A DNA stretch of 52,775 nucleotides from an uncultured bacterium (GCA_964534375.1 CAZHPN010000003.1:1-52775); one strand, 5' to 3'. Numbered from the stretch's first letter, positions 28,698-40,335 are shown. The notes: generated by a model from the letters alone, not told the origin. Numbers and translations are program-made.

Positions 28698-30872
28698 TCA
28701 CCGTTCACTATTCACTGTGCTCGCCGCTTGTTCGGCGAGCCGTTGCGGCAGCAGCGTGCGCCGTTGCTGCGCGGCGTCGTTGGCGACGGCGCGTTCGAGC
28801 GCGCGGCGCGAGCCGCAGAGCACCGCCAGCCGCTTGCCGCGCGTCACGGCCGTGTACAGCAGGTTGCGCGCCAGCATGATGTAATGCTGCGTGTGCAACG
28901 CGACCACGACGCAGGGATATTCGCTGCCCTGCGATTTATGGATGCTCACCGCATACGCCGGCGCCAGGTCGTCCAGTTCGGCGCCCGACAATTTGATGCG
29001 CCGGCCGTCGAAGTCGACGGTCAGCGCGCGCGCCGCCGGCTCCGCCTCCAGCACGCGGCCCAGGTCGCCGTTGTAAATTTCGTAATCGTAGTTGTTGGCC
29101 GTCTGCATGACCTTGTCGCCGGCGCGAAAGAGCCGCTCGCCGACCATCAGTTCCACGCCGCGCGGATTGAGCCGCTCGCGCAGCGCCTCGTTCAGCCGCG
29201 TCACGCCGACCTCGCCGCGGTGCATCGGCGCCAGGACCATGATGTCCTGCCACGGGTCGAAATCGTAGGCGAGCGGCAGCCGGCGCGCGACGAGATCGAC
29301 CACCAAGTCTCGCAGCCGCTCGGGGTCGTTTTCCTCGATGAAGAAGAAATCGCTGTCCTTGCCGCCGACCAGCTCCGGCATGCGGCCTTCGCGGATGCGG
29401 TGCGCGCCGACGATGATCCGGCTGTGCGCCGCCTGGCGGAAGATTTTGTCGAGCCGCTGCGTCGCGACCCACGGGCAGGCGATCAGGTCGGCCAGCACGT
29501 TGCCCGGCCCGACGCTCGGCAGTTGATCGGCGTCGCCGACAAGCACGAAATGCGCGCCGAGCGGGACGGCGTCCGCCAAGCGCATCGCCAGTTGAGCGTC
29601 GAGCATGCTCGCCTCGTCGCAGACGATCAGGTCGGCCTCCAGCGGGTTCTCGGCGTCGCGTTCGAACCGTTGCAGCCCGGGGTTGATTTCGAGCAGGCGG
29701 TGGACGGTCTTCGCCGGCCGGCCCGAGGCCTCGGCGAGCCGTTTCGCCGCGCGGCCGGTCGGGGCGCAGAGCGCGACGCGCCGCTCCATCTGCTCGGCGA
29801 GTTCGCAGATGGCCTGGACGATCGTCGTCTTGCCGGCGCCGGGGCCGCCGGTGACGACCAGCAACGGCCGGGCGATCGCGGCGACGACGGCGCGGCGCTG
29901 CTCGTCGGCCAGTTCGATCTGCAGGCGGTCTTCGACCCAGGCGATCGCCTTGTCCTCGCGGATCGCGCGGAACCGGCTCGTCGCGCGAGCGATCGCCGCC
30001 AACGATCGGGCGAGGCGCTTCTCCGCCGCGGCCAGCGCCGGCAGGGCGAGCGCCATTTCGCCGTCGAGCGCCTCGCGTTTGACGCGGCCCTCGGCGATCA
30101 GCGGCTCGACCTGCGGGTCGATCGTCTCCGGCGGGGCGTCGAGCAACCGCGCGGCCGTCGCGACGGCCCCGGCGGCGGTCACCACGGTGTTGCCGTCGTC
30201 GACCGCTTCCTGCACGGCCTGCAGCAGCCCGGCGCGCAGCCGCCGCGGATCGTCGCCGACAATGCCCGCGCTCGCCGCGACGCGGTCCGCCGTCAGGAAG
30301 CCGACGCCGCGCACCGTGCCGACCAGGCGATAGGGGTCGGCGCGCACTACGTCGTACGCGTTCTCGCCGAGCGCTTGCAGCAGCTTCGCGGCGAGGCCCC
30401 GCGGCGCGCCGGCTTTTTGCAGCATCATCCCCAGTTGGCGGACCTGGCGGACGCCGTTCCACGCCTCGCGGATCGCCGCCGCTTTTTTCCGGCCGATGCC
30501 CGGCACCTTCCGCAGGCGCTCCGGCTGCCGGTCGATCACGTCGAACGTTTTTGCCCCGAACTCGCGCACGATCGCCTCGGCCATCGACGACCCGATGCCC
30601 TTGATCAGGCCCGAGCCCAAGTACCGGGCGATCGCCTCGGCCCCGTCAGGCAGCAGCGGTTCGTAACTGGCGACGCGGAATTGCCGGCCGTGCCGCGCGT
30701 CCAGTTCCCAGCGCCCGGCCGCGCGGATCAGTTCGCCCGGCGCCAACTGCGGCAATTCGCCGACGATCGTCGCCTCGCGCCGCGGGCCGGTTTCGAGGAC
30801 GGCCACGCAATAACCGGTGTCCGCGTTGGCGTACACGACCCTGACGACCTGTCCGGATATCTCATCCGCCAT
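28698..30872 (-). CDS. recD2: ATP-dependent RecD2-like DNA helicase
   Basis: HhH motifs (IKGIG, VPGIG), TGGPGAGKTT, APTGRAAKR, DEASM, GDADQLPSV, HKSQGSEY and LLYTAVTR. Confidence 0.95.
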   Translation of the reverse strand: MADEISGQVVRVVYANADTGYCVAVLETGPRREATIVGELPQLAPGELIRAAGRWELDARHGRQFRVASYEPLLPDGAEAIARYLGSGLIKGIGSSMAEAIVREFGAKTFDVIDRQPERLRKVPGIGRKKAAAIREAWNGVRQVRQLGMMLQKAGAPRGLAAKLLQALGENAYDVVRADPYRLVGTVRGVGFLTADRVAASAGIVGDDPRRLRAGLLQAVQEAVDDGNTVVTAAGAVATAARLLDAPPETIDPQVEPLIAEGRVKREALDGEMALALPALAAAEKRLARSLAAIARATSRFRAIREDKAIAWVEDRLQIELADEQRRAVVAAIARPLLVVTGGPGAGKTTIVQAICELAEQMERRVALCAPTGRAAKRLAEASGRPAKTVHRLLEINPGLQRFERDAENPLEADLIVCDEASMLDAQLAMRLADAVPLGAHFVLVGDADQLPSVGPGNVLADLIACPWVATQRLDKIFRQAAHSRIIVGAHRIREGRMPELVGGKDSDFFFIEENDPERLRDLVVDLVARRLPLAYDFDPWQDIMVLAPMHRGEVGVTRLNEALRERLNPRGVELMVGERLFRAGDKVMQTANNYDYEIYNGDLGRVLEAEPAARALTVDFDGRRIKLSGAELDDLAPAYAVSIHKSQGSEYPCVVVALHTQHYIMLARNLLYTAVTRGKRLAVLCGSRRALERAVANDAAQQRRTLLPQRLAEQAASTVNSER

Positions 30873-31052
30873 GCGTTTCGACTCGCTGTTTCGTTCTTGC
30901 TCGGGCCGCGCTGAAATTAGCCGGTCGCGGCGATGCCGCTCACGTTACACCAGAGGCGGCGCCGCCGCGAATTACGAATGCCGGAACCCGGAAGCAGTGG
31001 TCAGGGGTCGGCCATCCGTTTCCGGTCCCCAGTCCCCAATCCCGAATCCCGT

Positions 31053-32723
<1,671 letters not shown>

Positions 32724-33359
32724 GGGGTCTCCTCGGCGAGGCGGTATTCGGGACTCGGGCCTCAGGACTCGGGACTCGGGATGCGAGCCCCGCAATCCGT
32801 CCGGTTAATCCCTCTCTCCTTCTCCCGCCTTCGGACTTCGTTTCTTCATTCTTGGTCGCCAACAGGCAACTACTGCCTGCTATTTTCGAAAGTTCCGTCT
32901 TCTGACTTCTGACTTCTGGCTACTGATTTCTCGATTCGTCATTCCCGCGGACGCGGGAAATCCACTTTGGGCGGCATTTGCAACCGCAAAGCAGCCCCTC
33001 TCCGCGTCGGGGCATAGACGTTAGGTTAAGGCCCGCAGATCCTCGAAAAGGGCATTTGCCTGTTTCCTTTTTCCGCGCCGACCTCTCCCCCGGCCACGCC
33101 CAGCGTCGCCGCGCCCCTTCCCGACACAGGGAGGGGCGGGTCGAACACGCGACCGCGTGATCGACTAGGGAGAGGTCCGCGCGAAAAACACGGCGTGGCA
33201 ATTCGCCCCACGCCTATTCTAGCGCCTATGCGGATCGAGGGTGAGGGGCACTCCCTGCACGTCGACCAATTCATCGCGCAGCCTTCGGCCGCATGAAAAA
33301 ATCTTGGCGCACCAACGAGAAACAAAGGGATAGCGGCACAGCGCAGCGCGGCATCCTGC

Positions 33360-34982
33360 TTAGCGCGGCGCGATCTTCAACGCCGGCGCGACAGCGGGGC
33401 GAACCTTCACCGTCGCGGGACGGTCGGCGACCCCGGTCTGCGCGAAGTTGAGAAAGAGGGTCAGGTAGTTGAACGAATCGCCCATGGCCCCGATCTCCTG
33501 CAACTGCAACTGATAGCCGTCGAAGGTCGGCAGCGGAATCGTGGGCATGGCGTTGGACAGCAGCGGAATCAGGTAGGTGTTGATCAGCGTATTGAGCAGC
33601 GTTTGAATCAAGGCCGCCGGCAGTACGTTGAAATCCGTGCCCTTCACGTCGAACGTGACTTGGGAGGATCCCAGCGAGATCTGCAAATCGTTGTTGGCGG
33701 TCACCGTCACGGACAACCCCAGGTCGATGTCGATAAACGCCGACAACATCGCCACCCAGCGGCCCTGCTCCTGAATGAACCAATCGAGCCGGAACGGGTT
33801 GGAGACCAGCGCCAGGTCCGTGCCGCTCGTCCCGACGACGAAATGGGGAATGTCCACCGGGTACAGATCGATCAGGTTGTCCGCCGTTTTCTGCCCGCCG
33901 CCGATCTGGAAACCGGCCGCAAGATCGGCGCGGCCGTCGAGCGCCGCTGTTTGATCGAAGCTGAACGGGAACATCAGGCACAGCGCGCCCTTGGCGACCA
34001 GGCTGTACAGGAGTTGATTGAGGATATTGTCCGACACGGCCAAGGCGAGATCGTACGGGTCGCCGCCCGGCGTGAGCTGTTCGAAGACCGGCAAGTCGCC
34101 GGCGGTGTACGGACTGCCCGGATTCGGCCCCGCATCGATGCACGCGTCGATCGTCGTCCCGGCGACATACAACTGGCCGTCGGCGGCGATCTGCAGGCCC
34201 AACGGGTCTGTGGTCAATGCGGGTACGAACGAATAATCGATCGTGTAACTGCCGAAGGCCTTGGAGCCTTGCAGCACGATGCCCGCCAGCTCCTGACTCA
34301 GCGCCTGATTTATCAATTCCGGGGCCATGTCGTCAATGATTCCCGGCAAGAGATCCAGGATCAACTCCTGGATCAGCGGCCCGAGGTCCGTGTCCGGCAA
34401 ACCGTTGAACGAGAACGTGATGTCCGACGTATTGAGCGCGACTTGCTGCACGGTGATCTGGAAGCCGGCGCTCGTCGAATACGCGACCGTGATCGAGGCG
34501 GCCAGTTCCAACGGGTCGGCGTTGATCGTCGCCGTCGCCACGAAGGGCGTGGTGCAGCCGATGCCCCAGTTGCCGTCGATCGTGAGGGTGATGAGTGATT
34601 GGCCGGCCGCCGGGGAGATGGCGATGTCCACGTACAACGCGTTGGCGACCGGGTTGAGGCCGAGCACCGGCTCCGTCGAAATCGTGACTACGCGTTGGTC
34701 GAGCGAGTAACTGGTGATGCTCCCCGAGCCGTCGAAAATCACTTCGCAACTTTGCAGGTTGAACAGCGGATTGTATTTTGCGATGAGGGGGGCGATGTTG
34801 TAATTTTCCAGCACCGTCGTCGCCACGTCGCCGATGAACGCCAGGCCTTGGCCGGTGACGTAGCCCGCCGCTGCCTGCGGCACCGTGCCTTGCAACGGAA
34901 TCACGTCGTCGTCCGCGACCGCGTTCCACGCCGCTGCCGCTGTCAACATCGTCGCCAACATCGCCGTCAGGAAAATGCGCAT
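33360..34982 (-). CDS. Secreted LBP/BPI/CETP (TULIP)-like lipid-binding protein
   Basis: Signal peptide; YVTGQGLAFI and LAVSDNILNQLLYSL match the starts of the two BPI half-domains; beta-rich two-domain layout; GGAGG RBS. Confidence 0.6.
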   Translation of the reverse strand: MRIFLTAMLATMLTAAAAWNAVADDDVIPLQGTVPQAAAGYVTGQGLAFIGDVATTVLENYNIAPLIAKYNPLFNLQSCEVIFDGSGSITSYSLDQRVVTISTEPVLGLNPVANALYVDIAISPAAGQSLITLTIDGNWGIGCTTPFVATATINADPLELAASITVAYSTSAGFQITVQQVALNTSDITFSFNGLPDTDLGPLIQELILDLLPGIIDDMAPELINQALSQELAGIVLQGSKAFGSYTIDYSFVPALTTDPLGLQIAADGQLYVAGTTIDACIDAGPNPGSPYTAGDLPVFEQLTPGGDPYDLALAVSDNILNQLLYSLVAKGALCLMFPFSFDQTAALDGRADLAAGFQIGGGQKTADNLIDLYPVDIPHFVVGTSGTDLALVSNPFRLDWFIQEQGRWVAMLSAFIDIDLGLSVTVTANNDLQISLGSSQVTFDVKGTDFNVLPAALIQTLLNTLINTYLIPLLSNAMPTIPLPTFDGYQLQLQEIGAMGDSFNYLTLFLNFAQTGVADRPATVKVRPAVAPALKIAPR

Positions 34983-35104
34983 GGGTTGACCCTCCGTTTC
35001 GGTGGTGACCCCCAGCGTTCTTATCTTACTCCCTTCGCCGAATCACGGTCAAACCGACGAAGCCTGGCGACGCGGCCGACGGTTCCCGACCGCGAACCGC
35101 CCGT

Positions 35105-35133
35105 TTGACAACGGTTTTCCGCAAATCGATAAT
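35105..35133 (+). promoter_or_regulatory. Sigma70-type promoter
   Basis: TTGACA-N17-GATAAT. Confidence 0.7.
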
Positions 35134-35205
35134 GACTTGCACAGCGAAATTGGCGCGACCAGCGACGCTAGCCATCCTCCGCGAATCGCGCGCTGGAGTC
35201 CCCAA

Positions 35206-37692
35206 CTGACCGATTTCTCCCACGTCCAACAAGCGCGTCGCGAAAAAATCCTGTGGTGCATATTGGGCGGGCTCTGGCTCGTGGTTTTCGCGTACCGATT
35301 CTTCGGGCTCACCGAGCACTGGCAAAACATCGAGCAGATGTACGACGGCCTGCTGGCGCGCGGGCTCGTCGACGGCCTGCTGTTTTCGCCCTGGTACTAT
35401 CAATACCATCCGCAAGAGCATGGACCGCTGATTTTCGGCATCATCCTGTGGCCGTTTTTCTATTTCGGCGGCTCGCGGCTGCTGTGGCTCAAGCTGCTCG
35501 GGGCCTGCTTCGCCGCGGCCGGCGTCGGTTTCTGGACGGCGGCCGTGCGCCGCGCCTGGGGCCTCTGGCCCGCCGTGTTGTTTTTCCTGTTTTGCCTCGC
35601 GCCCCCGCCGTTTTTGGAAAGTCACTTTCACTTGGTCTATGCGAACCACATGGAGAGCATGGCGTTGATGGGCGTCCTGGTCTGGGCCTTCGCGCGCTCG
35701 GCCCATCAGCCGCCGAGTTTCCGCCAGATTGCCGCCCTCGGGCTGTTCGCCGGCTTCGCCACCTTCTTCTGCTGGCAAAATCTGCTGATGACCGGCGCGG
35801 TCGCCGTCGCCGCGCTCTGGCGGTGGCGCGGCAAAGTGGCGCCGCGGCTGCTCCAGGCCGGCGCGCCGGCGTTTCTGCTGGGGCTCGCGCCGCATTGGCT
35901 GGCGCCGGGGCACGTTTCGCCGTTGACGCAGGGCGGCCTCGAGAAATTCCAGCCGTTCGACTGCTGGGGCAAGCTGTTCGGCGTGGTCATGCGCGATTTG
36001 GCGCGCTACGAGGAGCCGGCCGTGTCCATCGCGTGGGCGGCTTTCGCCGGCGTGTGTCTGGTCTGGACGATCGCCAAGGAGGCGCCGTTCTTCGCGCGGC
36101 GCGGCGCCGAACGAAAAAAGCCCGACTGGCTCGGCCGGCTGTTGTTCCTTTATGTGCTGTTTTTCATCGCGGTCCTGCCGCTGAACGAATACGTCCGCTT
36201 CAACAACAATACGGTGCATGATCGCTATCTCGTGCCGGCGGTCGTCGCGGCGCTCGCCTGCATCGCGGGCCTCGCGGCCCGGATGCCCGGAATCTGGAAA
36301 CTACTGCCGCTGGCGCCGTTCTTGTTCTTCGGCTTCGCGAACATCGCAAGTCGCTTCCCGCCGCCGGCGGGCTATTTCCAATATGGCTGGAAATATCATT
36401 GGCTCGCCCGCGGCGACAACTATCGCTGGCTCGTCCGTTCCGCGCTGCCCCGCAGTTGGAACGGCGATCTCACGCAGGCGCCCGCGTCGATCGACCGGCT
36501 GCCGCCGCCGTGGCGCAACGAAGGCGCGGTGGCGCTCGGCTACGTAGCCGGCCCGCAGGCGATCGTCGACAAGCTGACCAAGAACCCGACCTGGATGGAG
36601 GAGCGGCAGACGAGCGTCGCACGCGGCGCGGGCGAGGCCAGCGGCTGCGGCTACCGCGACCCGACGGCCGGCTCCGCGGAAAAAACCGCGCGCCAATGCG
36701 AGAAATGGCTGGATAAGCTGAACCAGCTGGACCCGCGGCTGGCCGTCAATTTTCTCGACGGCGCCGGTTTCGGCCTGATGGAGCCGTTTCAGGTGCAATA
36801 TCTTTACGACGTCGAGACGACCTTCGACCGGCGCGAGACCGAGCGGCGGGAAACCGCGCTGGTCCGCGACGCCCGGACGGCGGCGCTGGCGAATCCGGCC
36901 GTCGCCGCGTTGCCGGACACGTACGGCTATTTCCTGCGCCGCCGCTGGGAATCGCTGACTCCGCCGCGTTTTCGGCCCGCGGCGAGCGATTGGGAGGCCG
37001 CCAATTCCGGTCCGCCGACCGCCCTCGAACCGGCCTATTGGGAGACCGTGCGCCAGTCGGCGACGCATATCGAAGGCGTGCGGCGCGACCGCCGTCAATG
37101 GCGCGCCGAAGCCGAAACGTATTTCGTCGAGCGCGCCGCCGGCCGCCTGCCCGATGCGTACTCCTACTTCCTCCAGCGCCGGCTCGAGATGCTGGCGCCG
37201 CCGCGCAATCCGTGGGAGACGGCGAATTTCGACGCGGTGGCGCCGAGCGATTTCGCGTTGCTGGAGACGGCGCAGCGCATGGTCTTCGGCCGCAGCGACG
37301 ACGAAGAAGAGATCCGCCGCTGGCGCAAATCGCCGCTGGCGCTCGTGTTGCAGCGCGCCGCCGGGCAGGAGCCGGGCGCGTATTACTTTTTCCTGCGCGG
37401 CATCGGCCGCTGGATCGGCGTCAATCAGCAATTTCACAAATTACGCACGCAAATGCTGCCGTTTTTCGGGGTGTTGTTCGGCCTCGAGCCGACCGGCGAA
37501 GCGCAGGACGCGCTGAATCAGGGCTATGCCGAGGGCGAGTTCGAATACTACCTCGGCAATTTTCACGGCTATCCGCTGCACCCGCCGCTGTTCGATTATC
37601 TGCAAACGCAGAACGAACTCGAACGGCGGTATCTCTCGCCGGGCGCCGCGGCCATGGCGCCGGAATTCACGATTCGCGACGAGCGGCGGTGA
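35206..37692 (+). CDS. Polytopic membrane protein, GT-C-like, with long helical C-terminal domain; paralog of 50124-52172
   Basis: DGLLARGLVDG..SPWYYQY.P..HGPL and ANHMES motifs shared with the paralog; about 11 TMs; putative CTG start after GGAG. Confidence 0.65.
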   Translation: MTDFSHVQQARREKILWCILGGLWLVVFAYRFFGLTEHWQNIEQMYDGLLARGLVDGLLFSPWYYQYHPQEHGPLIFGIILWPFFYFGGSRLLWLKLLGACFAAAGVGFWTAAVRRAWGLWPAVLFFLFCLAPPPFLESHFHLVYANHMESMALMGVLVWAFARSAHQPPSFRQIAALGLFAGFATFFCWQNLLMTGAVAVAALWRWRGKVAPRLLQAGAPAFLLGLAPHWLAPGHVSPLTQGGLEKFQPFDCWGKLFGVVMRDLARYEEPAVSIAWAAFAGVCLVWTIAKEAPFFARRGAERKKPDWLGRLLFLYVLFFIAVLPLNEYVRFNNNTVHDRYLVPAVVAALACIAGLAARMPGIWKLLPLAPFLFFGFANIASRFPPPAGYFQYGWKYHWLARGDNYRWLVRSALPRSWNGDLTQAPASIDRLPPPWRNEGAVALGYVAGPQAIVDKLTKNPTWMEERQTSVARGAGEASGCGYRDPTAGSAEKTARQCEKWLDKLNQLDPRLAVNFLDGAGFGLMEPFQVQYLYDVETTFDRRETERRETALVRDARTAALANPAVAALPDTYGYFLRRRWESLTPPRFRPAASDWEAANSGPPTALEPAYWETVRQSATHIEGVRRDRRQWRAEAETYFVERAAGRLPDAYSYFLQRRLEMLAPPRNPWETANFDAVAPSDFALLETAQRMVFGRSDDEEEIRRWRKSPLALVLQRAAGQEPGAYYFFLRGIGRWIGVNQQFHKLRTQMLPFFGVLFGLEPTGEAQDALNQGYAEGEFEYYLGNFHGYPLHPPLFDYLQTQNELERRYLSPGAAAMAPEFTIRDERR

Positions 37693-37992
37693 CCGCACCG
37701 CCGAATGCGCGTTCCTTTTTAATGATAGATCCTATCCATAATATGCACCGGCGCCCGGCCGGTGAAAAACTGCCGCACGAAGGCGAGGCGATGAGTCCGG
37801 ACGGTCGCCATGTTCAATCCTACTGCGGCCGGAATTGCGCGAATTGCGCGAGCGGCCAGGCCTCACCCGCTTTCACCGGCGCGGCCCAGCCGGCGCGCGT
37901 CGAGTTCGCCCGGCGCTGCCTAGCCTGCAACGCAGCGCCACCAGGCGCTCATCGACGCACGTTTTGCGGCTTTTCATAGCCTTTATTTAATT

Positions 37993-38038
37993 GAACAAAG
38001 GCGCGGTTGGGGAGGTTGGACCAACCGCGCCTTTGTTC
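37993..38038. other. Perfect 18-bp hairpin with GGAGGTTGGA loop
   Basis: GAACAAAGGCGCGGTTGG pairs with CCAACCGCGCCTTTGTTC. Confidence 0.85.
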
Positions 38039-38250
38039 GTGAAGGCGGATGAACGCGCGCTACGCTATCGCATGCCGCCAAGAATCTCCGCGCACCGCGC
38101 CGCCTTTCTTGGGCTTCGCTCTGATCGCTCTGTTGGAACGACACGCCTGTCCGGAGGCCGGTTAACCGTCCGCCGCAGATTTTTTCGAGTCCTGCCGCAG
38201 CGGCTGGTTTGCGCCGGCCCGCGTCCGGCGAGGCCGAGCGTCGTTTTTTC

Positions 38251-38279
38251 TTGACGCCGGGCCGCGAAACCGGTACGCT
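38251..38279 (+). promoter_or_regulatory. Sigma70-type promoter
   Basis: TTGACG-N17-TACGCT, preceded by a T-tract. Confidence 0.55.
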
Positions 38280-38292
38280 TCACGTAGTAAGT

Positions 38293-38325
38293 GGGGGCGC
38301 TGAAGAGCGCCCCCTTTTGCTTTTT
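38293..38325 (+). terminator. Intrinsic terminator-like hairpin
   Basis: GGGGGCGCT-GAAG-AGCGCCCCC followed by TTTTGCTTTTT. Confidence 0.7.
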
Positions 38326-38500
38326 ACGAATCGGAGTTATATTAGTTAAGCTTCGCTCTGTGTCTGGGCGGGGCCTATATGACTCGATTTGACCACGGGG
38401 ATGCGGTGCAAAGGATTTGTGTGCAGGCGCCGGCAACAACTCGCCGGCGGTGGTGTATTTCGTTTTTACCGACCAACCAACCAAACGAGGGAGACGAAAA

Positions 38501-40270
38501 ATGAAACTCAGGTGGAACTTTCTATTGCTCATTTTGCTGGTGACGCTCGGCGCGACCTTGTTGATCGCCTGCGGCAGCAGCAAATCCAGCTCCTCGTCGA
38601 CGCCCGCGGTCGACGACGACGACAACGACAACGATGACGCAACCCCCGACGACGACGACAACGACGACGACAACGACGATGCAACCCCCGACGACGACGA
38701 CGACAACGACGACGACAGCAGCCCGCAGACCGTTTACCCGCAGGTCACCTGCACGTTGCCCGACCCGGGCAGCATCGCCCCGAACACGGTGGGCGGCGGT
38801 GCGATCACCACGACGGTGACCGCGTACGTGTTCGACAACTTTACCTGCGCTCCGATCACTTCGGCGACCGTCAACGGCCAAGCGGTCGATTCGACCGGCA
38901 AAGTCGTTCTCGACATGACCACACCGGCCCCGGTGACGGCGATGGCGGCCGGCTATTGGACGTGGTCGTACACGGCCAATGCGAACACGATGTATTTCCG
39001 TCTGCAAACCAGTTCGTCGACCGCGTGGGCCGTTTCTTCGGCCGGCAACTTCCAGAGCGGCGGCACGGATCTGGCGCTCAGCAATCCGAACACGACCAGC
39101 ATCGGCACCGTGCTGACTTCCCCGATTTACCTCGGCGCGACGATTCCGGGCATCAGCCGCAAGACCGTGCTGGAGACGGATTTCGACAACATCTTCGCGG
39201 CGAGCGCGAACGACTGGGATCTGACGTACGGCTATAACGTGAAATCGAGCAAGACCGGCACGATCGCCTTGCCGGCCAACATTTACTTCCCGCCGATCAA
39301 CGTCGACATCAGCATCCTCGGCTACGGCGGCTCCGCGAGCGGCGGCAACCCCTCCTACATGATTCCCGTCAATCCGGCGCCCGCCACCACCACGCAGCCG
39401 GTGGAAGGCTTCGTGTTGAGCGCGACCGTCGGCAACGCGATCAGTCTGTCCAGCCTGATCGCCCTGATTCCGGCGATCATCGCCAACCCCAGCGACATCA
39501 TTGCGGATCTGCTGCCTCTGGTTCCGGACGTCATCAACAAAGCGCTGGCGTTTGAATATGCAGGTGTCAATCCGACGTGGGACGGGACCAGCGCCCCGAA
39601 CCTCGACACGGTCGACATCCCGGCGGCGAAGGAAACGGTCGACGTGACCGTGGCCAACGCCGAGGGCGGCTACAATTATCTGACCGTGCTCGCGGGCGAA
39701 GTGCCAAACGTCGCGTTCTGGCCGATCGGCTTGCAACTCGCGGATTCCACTGGCGCGGCGACCATCGCGGCGGCGCCCCTGACCGACGCTGACTACATGT
39801 TGGCCGTGGCCAAGACCAACTTGCTGACCATCCTGGGCGGCGCGACGCAACCGCTGGTCGTCGAATTGGCGACGAAATTCGCCGGCAATCTGAACGACTT
39901 GGCCACCGTGTCGGTGGACAACAACGCCGATTTCGTGACGGAATTCGATCCCAACAACACCGCCTACACCAATGGCACCGTGTCCTGGGCGCTCGGCTCC
40001 GACACGACCCTGGCGCCGGACCTTTTCGTCGTCATCGTCAAGCCGACGACCGGCAGCGTCGGCATCGCCTTGGTGCCGAACACCGTGTTGACCTTCGACG
40101 CGGCGACCATCTTCGGCTATACGCCGGCCACGACCGACACCGTCATCCTGGCGTCGGTGAAGTTCCCCACCGGGCCCACCGCGAACGCGTACGACCCGAC
40201 CACGATCCTGGCCTACGACCTGGCCGGCATCAACGTGTGGACGAACTACAACATCGCCGGACTGCTCTAA
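38501..40270 (+). CDS. Lipoprotein with Ser- and Asp-rich N-terminal linker
   Basis: GAGGGAG RBS; lipobox LIAC; SSKSSSSS followed by (DDDDN)n; Thr-rich beta-type body. Confidence 0.82.
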   Translation: MKLRWNFLLLILLVTLGATLLIACGSSKSSSSSTPAVDDDDNDNDDATPDDDDNDDDNDDATPDDDDDNDDDSSPQTVYPQVTCTLPDPGSIAPNTVGGGAITTTVTAYVFDNFTCAPITSATVNGQAVDSTGKVVLDMTTPAPVTAMAAGYWTWSYTANANTMYFRLQTSSSTAWAVSSAGNFQSGGTDLALSNPNTTSIGTVLTSPIYLGATIPGISRKTVLETDFDNIFAASANDWDLTYGYNVKSSKTGTIALPANIYFPPINVDISILGYGGSASGGNPSYMIPVNPAPATTTQPVEGFVLSATVGNAISLSSLIALIPAIIANPSDIIADLLPLVPDVINKALAFEYAGVNPTWDGTSAPNLDTVDIPAAKETVDVTVANAEGGYNYLTVLAGEVPNVAFWPIGLQLADSTGAATIAAAPLTDADYMLAVAKTNLLTILGGATQPLVVELATKFAGNLNDLATVSVDNNADFVTEFDPNNTAYTNGTVSWALGSDTTLAPDLFVVIVKPTTGSVGIALVPNTVLTFDAATIFGYTPATTDTVILASVKFPTGPTANAYDPTTILAYDLAGINVWTNYNIAGLL

Positions 40271-40301
40271 ACCGCACCCCGGCTGCCTCTGTGTGAACAC
40301 C

Positions 40302-40335
40302 GCCCGGCTCCCGCGAGGGAGCCGGGCTCTTTTTT
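40302..40335 (+). terminator. Intrinsic terminator
   Basis: GCCCGGCTCCC-GCGA-GGGAGCCGGGC-TCTTTTTT. Confidence 0.85.

Noticed and set aside
32880..33070. Cobalamin or c-di-GMP riboswitch upstream of the mutase (AGTCAGAAGAC and GGCAAA on the minus strand)
   Set aside because: The B12-box-like word is part of a heptamer array. The GCCACTG core is absent, as are the GAAA tetraloop and GACGCAAA of the c-di-GMP-I motif.
37791..37979. Small Cys-rich ORF (YCGRNCANC)
   Set aside because: Short, and similarity to Cys-cluster proteins is limited to one motif; it cannot be supported as a gene.
38609..38720. CRISPR-like or non-coding repeats (also 47570-47660 and 52645-52775)
   Set aside because: These are in-frame GAC/AAC codon repeats encoding Asp-rich linkers, with no unique spacers and no cas genes.
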